Assembly: GCA_018694835.1 (NCBI GenBank)
Contig: JABHOG010000015.1
Coordinates: forward strand, 7,362 to 71,361
Origin: Planctomycetota bacterium
Lineage (GTDB): Bacteria; Planctomycetota; UBA8108; UBA1146
DNA: 64,000 nucleotides
Reading direction: 5' to 3'
Of this stretch, positions 27,507-36,219 are shown one piece after another; the first letter of the stretch is position 1, and every line of letters begins with the position of its first letter. A program made the translations under genes and the position numbers. Under the pieces are notes generated by a model. The model was not told the DNA's origin. It saw only the letters and a program-made list of their open reading frames with translations, and searched no databases.

Positions 27507-28712
27507 GTGCGCACCATCACTGATCTGCTTGAACTGCTCCAGCCCGGCGATCCGGTGCTGCTGCGCTGTGATCTCAACGTGCCCCTCCAGCAGGGGCAGG
27601 TCACCGATACCAATCGTATCGAGGCGAGTCTACCGACGATCCAGGCTTTGCAAAAAGCGGGTGCCAGGATTGTATTGATGACACATCTCGGACGCCCTGA
27701 AGGCATCGATCCCCGTCTCTCGACGGCGGTGGTGGCCCGAGCATTACAAGGCTTGCTAGGAACGGAAGTGGTTCACTTCGATGAACTGCCTCCGGGGCCG
27801 CGCTTTCACGAGCAACTCGCCGGTCTCCCTGCGGGGGGAATTCTGATGATGGAAAATCTCCGATTCCACCGCGGTGAGAAGTCCAATGACCGACAGTGGG
27901 CTGCCGCCCTCGCCCACGGTTGCCGCTTCTACGTCAATGACGCTTTCGGCTGCTCTCATCGTTCCCACGCTTCGGTGGTGGCAGTGGCCAGTTGCCTTCC
28001 TTCCTTTGCCGGGCTTCTGCTGATGCGAGAAATCGAAATTTTGAGTCAATTGCGAGATGACCCGATCCGCCCCTTCTGGATCATCGCTGGTGGCGCCAAG
28101 GTGCGAGATAAGATCGGTGTGCTGGCGCATCTGGCGCAACAACTGGACGGGGTCATCTGTGGTGGAGGTCTGGCCAACACCCTGCTCGAAGGCGCAGGGG
28201 TTCCAGTAGGCCAATCCACAACCGAACCGGAGTCTCTCTCGCAGATTACCCAGCTTCTCGAGGGTCAGACGGGTCATGGTCCGGAAATGGTACTCCCCAT
28301 CGATTTCATCACGGGAGATGATCTCACTGCTCCGACCCACACCCAACAGATCGTTTCAGGCGAAGAACCGCAACCCGGAATGATGCTGCTCGATGTGGGG
28401 CCACAGAGTGTCGAGTTGTTTACCCGCAAGCTGCAATCGGCGAGGACCATCTTCTGGAATGGTCCACTGGGTGTCTTTGAAACCAAGCAGTTCAGTGGTG
28501 GAACCGCCTCGATGGCCAAGATGTTGGCTCAACATCCAGGTCAGGTCGTGGTCGGAGGAGGAGATAGCGCCGCTGCTGCTCGTCTCTTTGGAATTGCTGA
28601 TTCCGTGCATCATGTGTCGACCGGTGGAGGCGCCGCTCTCGAGTTTCTCGGGGGAAGCGTGTTACCCGGTATCGCCGCCCTCGCCGATCTATCCGCCGGA
28701 GAATCTCGGTGA
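27507..28712 (+). CDS. pgk: Phosphoglycerate kinase
   Basis: GTG start with aggaga SD. RCDLNVPL, VLMTHLGRPEG and C-terminal GGGDS..STGGGA motifs. Confidence 0.95.
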   Translation: MRTITDLLELLQPGDPVLLRCDLNVPLQQGQVTDTNRIEASLPTIQALQKAGARIVLMTHLGRPEGIDPRLSTAVVARALQGLLGTEVVHFDELPPGPRFHEQLAGLPAGGILMMENLRFHRGEKSNDRQWAAALAHGCRFYVNDAFGCSHRSHASVVAVASCLPSFAGLLLMREIEILSQLRDDPIRPFWIIAGGAKVRDKIGVLAHLAQQLDGVICGGGLANTLLEGAGVPVGQSTTEPESLSQITQLLEGQTGHGPEMVLPIDFITGDDLTAPTHTQQIVSGEEPQPGMMLLDVGPQSVELFTRKLQSARTIFWNGPLGVFETKQFSGGTASMAKMLAQHPGQVVVGGGDSAAAARLFGIADSVHHVSTGGGAALEFLGGSVLPGIAALADLSAGESR

Positions 28713-29467
28713 TCGGCGATCCAGTCATGGCGCGCAGAAGAAGTTTTGGTCGAAGGATCGTGGCTTCGCTGTCACGCCTTGTTCGCGATCGATTCCAGCA
28801 AAACCTACCCGCCGATATCGAATCTGAAACTCACTTTCGCAGAGAGTTGAATCGGGCTTTCCCCGGCGACCTCGTTCATGGCGAAGAACTCGGTGCTGCG
28901 CCCGGATCTGATCGCCACGGTTGGATCATCGATCCTCTCGACGGTTCAACCAACCATGGTCGTGGGATTCCCTTGTTCGCCGTTTCTCTGGCCTACGTTG
29001 ATCAAGGGTTGCCACAACTGGGCTGGGTCTCTGATCCGGTGCGTGGTGAGTGGTTCGAGGCTCACCGCGGAGGGGGAGTTTTCAGGGGTGGACCGGGCCC
29101 CTCCTACTCCGCCAAAGCGGATCCGATGATCCTGTGCTGTTCCGACCGCTGGCTCCACGCATTTCCTCGTTGGCTCGAATCGATTCCAGGTCCGTGCAAG
29201 GTTCGTTCGCTGGGATCCATCGCACTCGAGATGGCCTGGATCGCCAGCGGGCGAATCCAGGGAGGAGCCTGGTATCGTACTCAGCCATGGGATGTGGCGG
29301 CTGGTCAGTTACTGATTGAAGAATCTGGTGGCGAGGTGCTGTCGGTCTCTGGTGCCGGTCCGGGTGCTCGGATTGCCGCCAGCTCCGGGTCTCAAGGGTG
29401 GATCCAGACCATCCGCGATGGCCTTCCACAGCACGGAATGGATGCGCAGCGTCTCGATCCGCACTAG
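28709..29467 (+). CDS. Inositol monophosphatase family protein (SuhB/CysQ-like)
   Basis: GTG overlaps pgk stop (GTGA). WIIDPLDGSTNH..PLFAVSLAY and WDVAAGQLLIEESGG motifs. Alternative ATG at 28727. Confidence 0.85.
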   Translation: MIGDPVMARRRSFGRRIVASLSRLVRDRFQQNLPADIESETHFRRELNRAFPGDLVHGEELGAAPGSDRHGWIIDPLDGSTNHGRGIPLFAVSLAYVDQGLPQLGWVSDPVRGEWFEAHRGGGVFRGGPGPSYSAKADPMILCCSDRWLHAFPRWLESIPGPCKVRSLGSIALEMAWIASGRIQGGAWYRTQPWDVAAGQLLIEESGGEVLSVSGAGPGARIAASSGSQGWIQTIRDGLPQHGMDAQRLDPH

Positions 29468-29507
29468 AATCTGAACGATGGTCGTCGCTGGCTGCTGAAG
29501 GGTTCCG

Positions 29508-30053
29508 ATGACGAAAGACTCGATCGAAGTCCACATCCAAAAACTTGCCGGGATTATCCCGGATGGAGCCGCAGTATTCCTGCGAGCGCCAGACAAGACC
29601 TTCGTCATCTTCATCGGCAGTACCGAAGGAGAAGCTCTGGCCCGGGCCATCCAGGGGGAGGAAACTCCCAGGCCTCTCACCCACGACCTGGTCCATTCCA
29701 TCCTGCTCGGATTTGACATCGAGATCACCCGTATGGTGATCTCTCAGATCCTCGAAGGCACCTTCTGCGCGACTCTGGTGATGGCGCAAAAGTCATCGGG
29801 AAATCACCTGTGCAAGAATGAAGTACGAATCGATACTCGTCCCAGCGATGCGTTCGTGCTCGCTGCGAGAATCGGGTTTCCGATTCATGTGGCACAAGAA
29901 GTTCTCGATCAGGTCAAGGACGTGAGTGATCTCATCGCCTCTGACAATCCGCTTCCTGAATTCCCTCCACTTGGAGACCTGGGTAGCGCAGATGATATGG
30001 GAACAGTAGATCGCAATGATCTTGCGAGACCGTCGGATGGAGAGCCTGAGTGA
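29508..30053 (+). CDS. Bifunctional nuclease (BFN/DUF151) family protein
   Basis: FLRAPDKTFVIFIG..EALARAIQGEETPRPLTHDL..ARPSDAFVLAARIGFPIHVAQEVLD pattern of the BFN DNase/RNase domain. Confidence 0.75.
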   Translation: MTKDSIEVHIQKLAGIIPDGAAVFLRAPDKTFVIFIGSTEGEALARAIQGEETPRPLTHDLVHSILLGFDIEITRMVISQILEGTFCATLVMAQKSSGNHLCKNEVRIDTRPSDAFVLAARIGFPIHVAQEVLDQVKDVSDLIASDNPLPEFPPLGDLGSADDMGTVDRNDLARPSDGEPE

Positions 30054-30526
30054 TGTCACATGAGCCACTACGCCACCGGATGATGTGGATACCGCTGATT
30101 TTAGTTTCCCTCGCTGGATGTAAACACATCCCCGATGTCGATCGCCATTTTCAACGCTCTGCCGCACTTGAAACGGTCCGATACTTTCGCTACGCCATCG
30201 ACGCCAGTCAGTACGACGCCGCATACCGCTGTCTTTCTGAAACGACACGAGAACAGATATCGGCTCTCGCTTTCCAGGCTTTGATCCGTTTTGTGGACGT
30301 TCCACAACTCGATGATCTGGGCCTCAGAGACTTACTGGTGGATTCCAGTATCGACGATGGTGTCGAGGTCCCTCCGGGAGGGGGGCAGGATCGCTGGATC
30401 ACCCTCATATGGAGTTCGGATGAGCAGTACATCGAATACTCTCTGCGGCTCCAGCCCGGCTTGAATCAACTCTGGGAAATCGAACTGTTAGCGACCCGTG
30501 GTGTCGACCTGACAGGTACCCCGTGA
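30053..30526 (+). CDS. Hypothetical lipoprotein
   Basis: Start overlaps BFN stop (GTGATG). Lipobox LILVSLAGC. No family recognised. Confidence 0.55.
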   Translation: MSHEPLRHRMMWIPLILVSLAGCKHIPDVDRHFQRSAALETVRYFRYAIDASQYDAAYRCLSETTREQISALAFQALIRFVDVPQLDDLGLRDLLVDSSIDDGVEVPPGGGQDRWITLIWSSDEQYIEYSLRLQPGLNQLWEIELLATRGVDLTGTP

Positions 30527-31680
30527 AGTTGAATACTTACCTGGATCACAACGCAACGACTCCCTTGCACCCCCAGGTGGCTGAGAAGATGCATCAGTGT
30601 CTACAGGGGGCTGCCCCGGCCAATCCGTCGAGCTTGCATCGACACGGTCGGGACGCTCGGAAAATCCTCGACGATGCTCGTGACCAACTCGCCTCATTAC
30701 TGGCGGTGGAATCCTCCGAACTCCATTTTACCAGTGGTGGTACCGAATCGAATAATCTGGCGATCAAGGGGCTGGCCCCCATCGATGCCCCGCTCTTTGT
30801 CGGGGCCACCGAACATCCTTCGGTGCTCGAACCCGCGCGGCAACAGTGGCAAGAGGGTCGTCCAGGTGGTGTGCTCGAAGTGGACCGTTCGGGCAAGATT
30901 CGCGATTTCGAGGTGGTCAACGGGGCTCTCTATTCGATCCATTGGATCAATAATGAGACCGGGATCAGCCAGGAGATCCCGAAGCTTGCTCGCCATATTC
31001 ACGAAGGCGGCGGACGGCTTCACATCGATGGTGCCCAGGGTTTTTTTCGTATCCCCAAGACGATCCCTGAATTGTCGGTAGATGCCGCAACCATCACCGC
31101 CCACAAGTCCTTCGGGCCGGTTGGTGCGGGCGCTCTGTGGGTCAAAACTGGACTTCTCATCGATCCACTTCTTCGTGGCGGGCCACAGGAGAAGAAAATC
31201 CGACCCGGAACCGAAAACCTGCTGTCGATCACGGGGATGGGAGAACTGGCTCGAGTTTCGCGTAGCACGCCCTTGTGGGACCTGGCGGCACTTCGACTCG
31301 CCAGAGAGGCGCTGTTACTGCCGATGCAGCAGATTCCGGACTGCAAGATCATTCCCCATCAAGAAGATGACTGGCCCGGTTGTGTTCATGTCAGTTTCCG
31401 CGGTGTCCACGCCGAGACCTTGCTAGTCCGACTCGACATGGACGGGATCTCCGCATCGAGTGGTTCCGCTTGTTCTTCCGGTGCACGCGAACCCAGTCAT
31501 GTTCTCGAGGCGATGGGAGTGGACCTCGAATGGATCCGTGGTGCGATACGGCTGTCGCTGGGACCGGTCGAGCGAACCCCGCAGAACTCCATCGACCAGC
31601 TCTCGAAGGTAGGCGCCCAAATCGCAGCCATCGTCAACCAACTGCGCACTCGAGACTTCCAAACACCCCCGGGTGGATAA
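30523..31680 (+). CDS. Cysteine desulfurase (NifS/IscS family, class V aminotransferase)
   Basis: GTG overlaps preceding stop (GTGA). HNATTPL, TSGGTESNN, PLP-lysine context ITAHKSFGP, active-site loop SSGSACSSG. Confidence 0.9.
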   Translation: MKLNTYLDHNATTPLHPQVAEKMHQCLQGAAPANPSSLHRHGRDARKILDDARDQLASLLAVESSELHFTSGGTESNNLAIKGLAPIDAPLFVGATEHPSVLEPARQQWQEGRPGGVLEVDRSGKIRDFEVVNGALYSIHWINNETGISQEIPKLARHIHEGGGRLHIDGAQGFFRIPKTIPELSVDAATITAHKSFGPVGAGALWVKTGLLIDPLLRGGPQEKKIRPGTENLLSITGMGELARVSRSTPLWDLAALRLAREALLLPMQQIPDCKIIPHQEDDWPGCVHVSFRGVHAETLLVRLDMDGISASSGSACSSGAREPSHVLEAMGVDLEWIRGAIRLSLGPVERTPQNSIDQLSKVGAQIAAIVNQLRTRDFQTPPGG

Positions 31681-31716
31681 AAAAATAAGCCGGGGCCTCG
31701 ACGAATCGAGACCCCG
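31677..31716 (-). terminator. Intrinsic terminator downstream of the MamK-like gene (minus strand)
   Basis: Minus-strand hairpin CGGGGTCTCG ATTCGT CGAGGCCCCG followed by GCTTATTTTTTTA. Sits between the convergent nifS and MamK-like stops. Confidence 0.55.
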
Positions 31717-31752
31717 ACTAAGAAGGGGGGGAGTGCAATGGGATGGCGCGAT

Positions 31753-32850
31753 TTAACCGCGCATTCTTGTCCAGTACTCTGTGGGCATCTCCTGGGCCAA
31801 CTTGAGTGCACCCTGAGCACCGGCGTAGACCGGGTCGTCGACGATCAGGACTCGACCGCCGCCCAGGCTTTCGAGACCCTGCTCCAGTGATTCCTGGAGG
31901 CCAAACACCTGTGAGCCACCGCCGCTGACGATGATTCTATTTCGAATCAGATGCTGGAATTCTGGATCAAAACTAGCGACCAAGCTTTGGATCGCTTCGG
32001 TGATCCAGGGGACCAATTCTTCCACGGCGCTGCGAATCTGATCGGTGATATCCACCGGAGTCGGGCGCCCGGCTATCGGGAAGGTCACGATCGCCCGTTT
32101 CTGCGTGTCGATCACACTACTGAATCGTTCCTTGGCCATCTTGATCATGTTGGAAGTGAATTGCACCTCCGGATGGGCCTCCCGTACCAGTTCGGCGAGT
32201 CTCTGGTCGACGTAGTTTCCTGCGCGGAATACGGTGACCTGATCCTCGAGTCCGGGCAGGCTGCCCGCCATTCGACACAGATCTATGGTTCCCGCACCGA
32301 TGTCGATGACGATGGCGTTTTCCAGAGCGTCGAGTGCGTAGGCCACGGCGAACGGTTCCGACACGACCATCACGCCTTCGATCCCTGCCTCGTTGGCCAG
32401 ATCGACGATGGCTTGTTTGTTTTCACGAGTCGCTTCTGCCGGAGCACCGATCACTGCGCATACCGCCTGGTCAGGCCTTGGATTGCACGCCTTACGCAGC
32501 GCCGAGAGCAATTGCACTCCTGCCTGGCGAGACAAATCCTGCTCCGATCCACTGAGACGGGTAAAGGCCAGGTTGCCCTCCTTCAGCGGAAAACAGGTAT
32601 TGAGAGCGAGGCGATTCTTGAGCACCGCATCTCCCACCAGAGTTTGGCCGCCGAGAACCTTGGCCGAGACCGAGTCCTTTGGCCAACCGACCAGACTGGC
32701 CATCACATCTCTGGATCCATTGGAACCGGCGATGGCGCTCCTGCTGGTTCCCAGGTCGATTCCTACGTGCAGCAAGCTCGTCTTGGAACTGATCTTGGGA
32801 GACTTCACGTCGTGGTGCTGATTCTTCTGAACTTTTTTCTGCGGCTTCAT
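31753..32850 (-). CDS. MamK-family actin-like ATPase
   Basis: 365 aa. Actin-fold phosphate 1 HVGIDLGTSRS, connect/phosphate 2 VIDIGAGTIDL, adenosine motif IIVSGGGSQ. Long blocks recalled as near-identical to MamK (LVGWPKDSV, CAVIGAPAEATRENKQAIVDLA, VVSEPFAVAYALD, LPGLEDQVTVFRAGNYVDQRL, SFDPEFQ, DDPVYAGAQGALKLAQEMPTEYW). Distinct from the canonical MreB at 40768..41814. ATG overlaps upstream gene stop (ATGA). Confidence 0.85.
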   Translation of the reverse strand: MKPQKKVQKNQHHDVKSPKISSKTSLLHVGIDLGTSRSAIAGSNGSRDVMASLVGWPKDSVSAKVLGGQTLVGDAVLKNRLALNTCFPLKEGNLAFTRLSGSEQDLSRQAGVQLLSALRKACNPRPDQAVCAVIGAPAEATRENKQAIVDLANEAGIEGVMVVSEPFAVAYALDALENAIVIDIGAGTIDLCRMAGSLPGLEDQVTVFRAGNYVDQRLAELVREAHPEVQFTSNMIKMAKERFSSVIDTQKRAIVTFPIAGRPTPVDITDQIRSAVEELVPWITEAIQSLVASFDPEFQHLIRNRIIVSGGGSQVFGLQESLEQGLESLGGGRVLIVDDPVYAGAQGALKLAQEMPTEYWTRMRG

Positions 32851-33581
32851 GACGACCTACCTTCTCTAGGCTGGGAGGGGAGATCTCCCGATAGTGGCTC
32901 TTCCGAGATTGCGCGGAGAGCCACGTTGGCCTGGAACAACTGGTCCAGGAGTTCTGATTTCTTGTGATCAAAGGGGGACTTCACTTCCAGCTGATCGATC
33001 TCGAGGTCGCCGCCTACGGCGATCGCATGATCGGTGGCTTGAAGTGCCAGGGTCAATTCTTCAATTCTCATCTCGAGCCTTTCGACATGTGTGTTCTGAG
33101 TATCTCTCACAGTCGCCAATTCGGTTCTCCAGTCGCGAGCGATCAGCTTCGATAGCTGGATCAGCAACGCTTTCTCTCTCTTGCCGAGAGGACCATCCGA
33201 GGCACTGGTAGAAGCCTGCTCAGCCGCCGCAGGCGTTGGGATCGACGGGATGATCGGAGACGGAACTTTGATCATCGGATTCGTGACTACTTTTTCCTCT
33301 TGGATCACTTTCGTGGCCTCACCACGTTCCACTGGAGTTGCGACAGTGGGGGACACGTACTGATTCGCCCTCGCAAGGATCTGTTGGTGCTGCTCCGTGG
33401 AGAGCGCCAGTCCATCCAGCATCTCCAGCAGTGCTCGGGAGACCGCTTTTCGGGCGGTATCTCGTAGTTGTGCCGGTGTCACGACACGAATCTTCTGAAT
33501 TCCCTTTTCCTGTAGTTCCTTCAACGGATGCACCGAACTGTTGGTAATCGACAGTGGGCTGTCAGCAGATTCAGGCTTCAT
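32847..33581 (-). CDS. Hypothetical protein with Pro-rich linker and C-terminal coiled coil, translationally coupled to the MamK-like actin
   Basis: 244 aa, ATG with aaagg SD. Linker VPSPIIPSIPTPAAA, coiled-coil-prone RTELATVRDTQNTHVERLEMRIEELTLALQ. No family recognised. Confidence 0.6.
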   Translation of the reverse strand: MKPESADSPLSITNSSVHPLKELQEKGIQKIRVVTPAQLRDTARKAVSRALLEMLDGLALSTEQHQQILARANQYVSPTVATPVERGEATKVIQEEKVVTNPMIKVPSPIIPSIPTPAAAEQASTSASDGPLGKREKALLIQLSKLIARDWRTELATVRDTQNTHVERLEMRIEELTLALQATDHAIAVGGDLEIDQLEVKSPFDHKKSELLDQLFQANVALRAISEEPLSGDLPSQPREGRSS

Positions 33582-33987
33582 CGTCGGACCTTTCTTCGAG
33601 GTGGCATTTGCGCCGCGGTTCGAAGGAAGAGTGAGGCAAATGGCGTGCCCGCTGTGGATGCCGCGTCGAGACGTATTTCGGTGGGGAATAATCGGGAGCG
33701 ATAAACCGATTCGGTGCCATCCGTACAGGAAGTGGATATTCCAGATTTCGAATCAGAGTTGTAATGTGGGGGGTGCCGTAAACAAGGGTGAAGTGATACA
33801 ATCGGTCTCTCTGACCGTAGTTCTGCCCTGAGAATCGGTGAGATGAGGAAGAAATGAGCCTGGCTTAAAGTTGCTTCTCGGCCCTTGCGGGGCCCATAAT
33901 AAGCAACTGTCCCGCTGCCAAGGTGCTCAGAATTACTCTTTCTCAGTCCAACTTCGAACCAATTCGACTGCTGAACAGGAGATTCCG

Positions 33988-35307
33988 ATGTCCTACTTTC
34001 ACATCCTCATGAGGATCGCCATGCTCTCGATCTTGCTCCTGGCAGGTCAAAGTGTTCTGGCTCAGGATCCCGGATATATCTTCCATTTTGATACCAGTGG
34101 ATCGGGTCCTTCCGGTGCCACCGTCATCACTCGTTCCTTGATCGACAATCCTGGCGGCGATCTGGCGGGATGGTCCGTCGCCATTTGCCACGACTCCAAT
34201 ATCGAGATCGTCGAGGTGGCCAGCGGTACGGCTTCCACTACCGCAAATGCCGGTGGACCCGCTGATTTCGATGAACTCACCCTCTTCCCAGGTTTTGGAG
34301 TGAGGCAGGGAGTAGTCGTCAATTTCGTTGGACTCAATAACCTACCGATTTCAATGGGTCACGAGACGATCATCATGCAGACCCTGTTACTGGGACCCGA
34401 CGACACCTTTGCCAGCATCCAGTTCTGTTCCGAAGTGTTCCCCGGTGATGCTCAGATATCAGAGAACCTCGCCGTGGCTCCAGGCGGAATCGCCATCGTC
34501 CCGACCACCGAAAATGGGTTGATCGAGATTGGTGGAATGCTGCCCTTCACCCTCAGTGCCAGTGCTTCCGCCGCAACAGTGGAGCAGGGCCTGGATGTAG
34601 ATGTTCAGATCCTGATCGATGCTCCCGAGACCAACTACGGATTCTCCTTTGGCTTTGCTCACTCCGGAGATGCTTTGGCTCTGACCAGTGCCGACCCTGG
34701 TGCTGCGCTCAGCGGATTCAACGGCGGTGCCGGTCCCGAGTACCTGCTGATCGATATCGATCCCGAAGGCGCCTCTGGACTGATCGTCGCCTGTCTCTAT
34801 GCGATCACTTCCATCAGCGAGATGTCCGCAGGTAATAATCAAGAACTGATCGTGGGGCACTACCAAGCGCTCGACACCTCACCACTTGGTTCAACCAACC
34901 TCGATTTCTCCTCCGACCTCGTGACCCAGGCTCCGTCGCCACCGACCGCCATCATCGTCTCACTGGGCTCCGGTTCTGCGGCGGTCAACACCAGCGGTAC
35001 CAGCGTCGAAGTCCTTGAAGGTGTCGTGGGAGTCCAGTTCACCCGTGGTGATTTCGATGGCAACGGCAACCTCGACCTGGGCGACCCGGTCAACCTGCTC
35101 GGTTACATGTTCAACGGTGGTGCACCTTCTCTGTGCGAGAAGAACGCCGATATCGATGACGATGGAATCATCGTGCTGGGGGACCCGGTTCTGCTGCTGA
35201 GCTACATGTTCAGTGGAGGCCCGCCACCACAGGAGCCGTTCGATTCCTGCGGGATTGATCCGACCGAGGATAACCTGACCTGCGAAGCCTTCGATTCCTG
35301 TCCCTAG
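33988..35307 (+). CDS. Secreted Gly/Ala/Ser-rich protein with C-terminal dockerin-like repeat pair
   Basis: ATG 33988 with aggag SD 7 nt upstream, signal peptide MSYFHILMRIAMLSILLLAGQSVLA. C-terminus DFDGNGNLDLGDPVNLLGYMF..ADIDDDGIIVLGDPVLLLSYMF with a Cys-containing tail. Longest ORF starts at TTG 33871. Confidence 0.75.
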   Translation: MSYFHILMRIAMLSILLLAGQSVLAQDPGYIFHFDTSGSGPSGATVITRSLIDNPGGDLAGWSVAICHDSNIEIVEVASGTASTTANAGGPADFDELTLFPGFGVRQGVVVNFVGLNNLPISMGHETIIMQTLLLGPDDTFASIQFCSEVFPGDAQISENLAVAPGGIAIVPTTENGLIEIGGMLPFTLSASASAATVEQGLDVDVQILIDAPETNYGFSFGFAHSGDALALTSADPGAALSGFNGGAGPEYLLIDIDPEGASGLIVACLYAITSISEMSAGNNQELIVGHYQALDTSPLGSTNLDFSSDLVTQAPSPPTAIIVSLGSGSAAVNTSGTSVEVLEGVVGVQFTRGDFDGNGNLDLGDPVNLLGYMFNGGAPSLCEKNADIDDDGIIVLGDPVLLLSYMFSGGPPPQEPFDSCGIDPTEDNLTCEAFDSCP

Positions 35308-35362
35308 GGACCGATGCTCGCGATCTTTCCAGTGGTCGCGTCCCGGTCTATAATCCGTCTTC

Positions 35363-35692
35363 ATGGATGCCGATCGTGAGGTGGAGCCGATGGTGGAACC
35401 CGGGGCGATTTCGATTCAATACTCTGACGGAGTTCAATCCTCCGTGCACGTGGTCCCTGAGGCGCCTGAAGCGCCGCAGGACCTCTCTGCTGCCACTCTT
35501 CTGCACTGGTGTGTTTTCCCCGGTGATCCCATCGAAAAGGATCAGGAACTACTCCTGATTGCCGAGGGGCAATGCTTGCGTTCCGTCTCCGCTCCCACCT
35601 CGGGAACCTTGCTGGTCCACTGGTCGGAGGCGGGTGATCCGGTGGCTGCCGGAGAAACCCTGGGCTGGATCCGTCCACTTCACCACGACTGA
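35363..35692 (+). CDS. Hypothetical small protein with biotinyl/lipoyl-like hammerhead segment lacking the modifiable Lys
   Basis: 109 aa. ...FPGDPIEKDQELLLIAEGQCLRSVSAPTSGTLLVHWSEAGDPVAAGETLGWI resembles the GDxV..IE(AMKM)..APxxGxV lipoyl/biotinyl fold, but has no AMKM lysine. Confidence 0.4.
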   Translation: MDADREVEPMVEPGAISIQYSDGVQSSVHVVPEAPEAPQDLSAATLLHWCVFPGDPIEKDQELLLIAEGQCLRSVSAPTSGTLLVHWSEAGDPVAAGETLGWIRPLHHD

Positions 35693-36084
35693 GCGGTTGT
35701 TTTTTGACCGAAAAACACCACAGCGCTCCATCAGTGAGCGAATATTGGCCACTTCTGCAACCTCTTTCCCATCCGATGCTTAGCACCACTCGTTGAGAAA
35801 TACATCTCATAGTGGTAGCCATCTAGCCACTTTGTCATAGTGCCTTTCGCCCGTCGGTTTGGGGGGAATCTCCGTAAATGGTTCAACTGTTGCGAGTTAG
35901 TATTCCTGAATCAGCGTCAGACCGATTTGGCACGTTCCATGCAATGAATCAGTGGGCTCTTTGGGACAGGGGAGTTGGAGAGATCCTTCGAAAGAAGTCT
36001 CTCGTGCAAGGCCACCAGCCTGCAATAGATTGGTGTCCTCCCCGAGGCGACATTGTCGCCTTCCTTGCTTCATTTCTTTCCGAG

Positions 36085-36119
36085 GAGGCGCCATTTCCCC
36101 GATGGCGCCTCTTTTTTTT
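36085..36119 (+). terminator. Strong intrinsic terminator in AT-richer intergenic region (plus strand)
   Basis: GAGGCGCCAT ttccccg ATGGCGCCTC followed by TTTTTTTT. A second small palindrome GGCGACATTGTCGCC lies at 36045-36059. Confidence 0.6.
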
Positions 36120-36219
36120 GTGCCTATTCGCGGCTGACTTCTCGCCGGTACGGATCGTTTTTCCCACCCCAACTCTCCTTCTGATCGCCCAGTCACCAGC
36201 GGCAAGATGAAGTGGGGCA

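Noticed and set aside
31753-33581. Interpreting the MamK-like locus as part of a magnetosome gene cluster
   Set aside because: No mamA/B/E/I/L/M/O/P/Q-like genes (TPR MamA, CDF transporters, PDZ proteases, LemA) flank it. Neighbours are nifS, a dockerin protein and cell-wall genes. Only the weaker claim of a MamK-family actin plus partner is retained.
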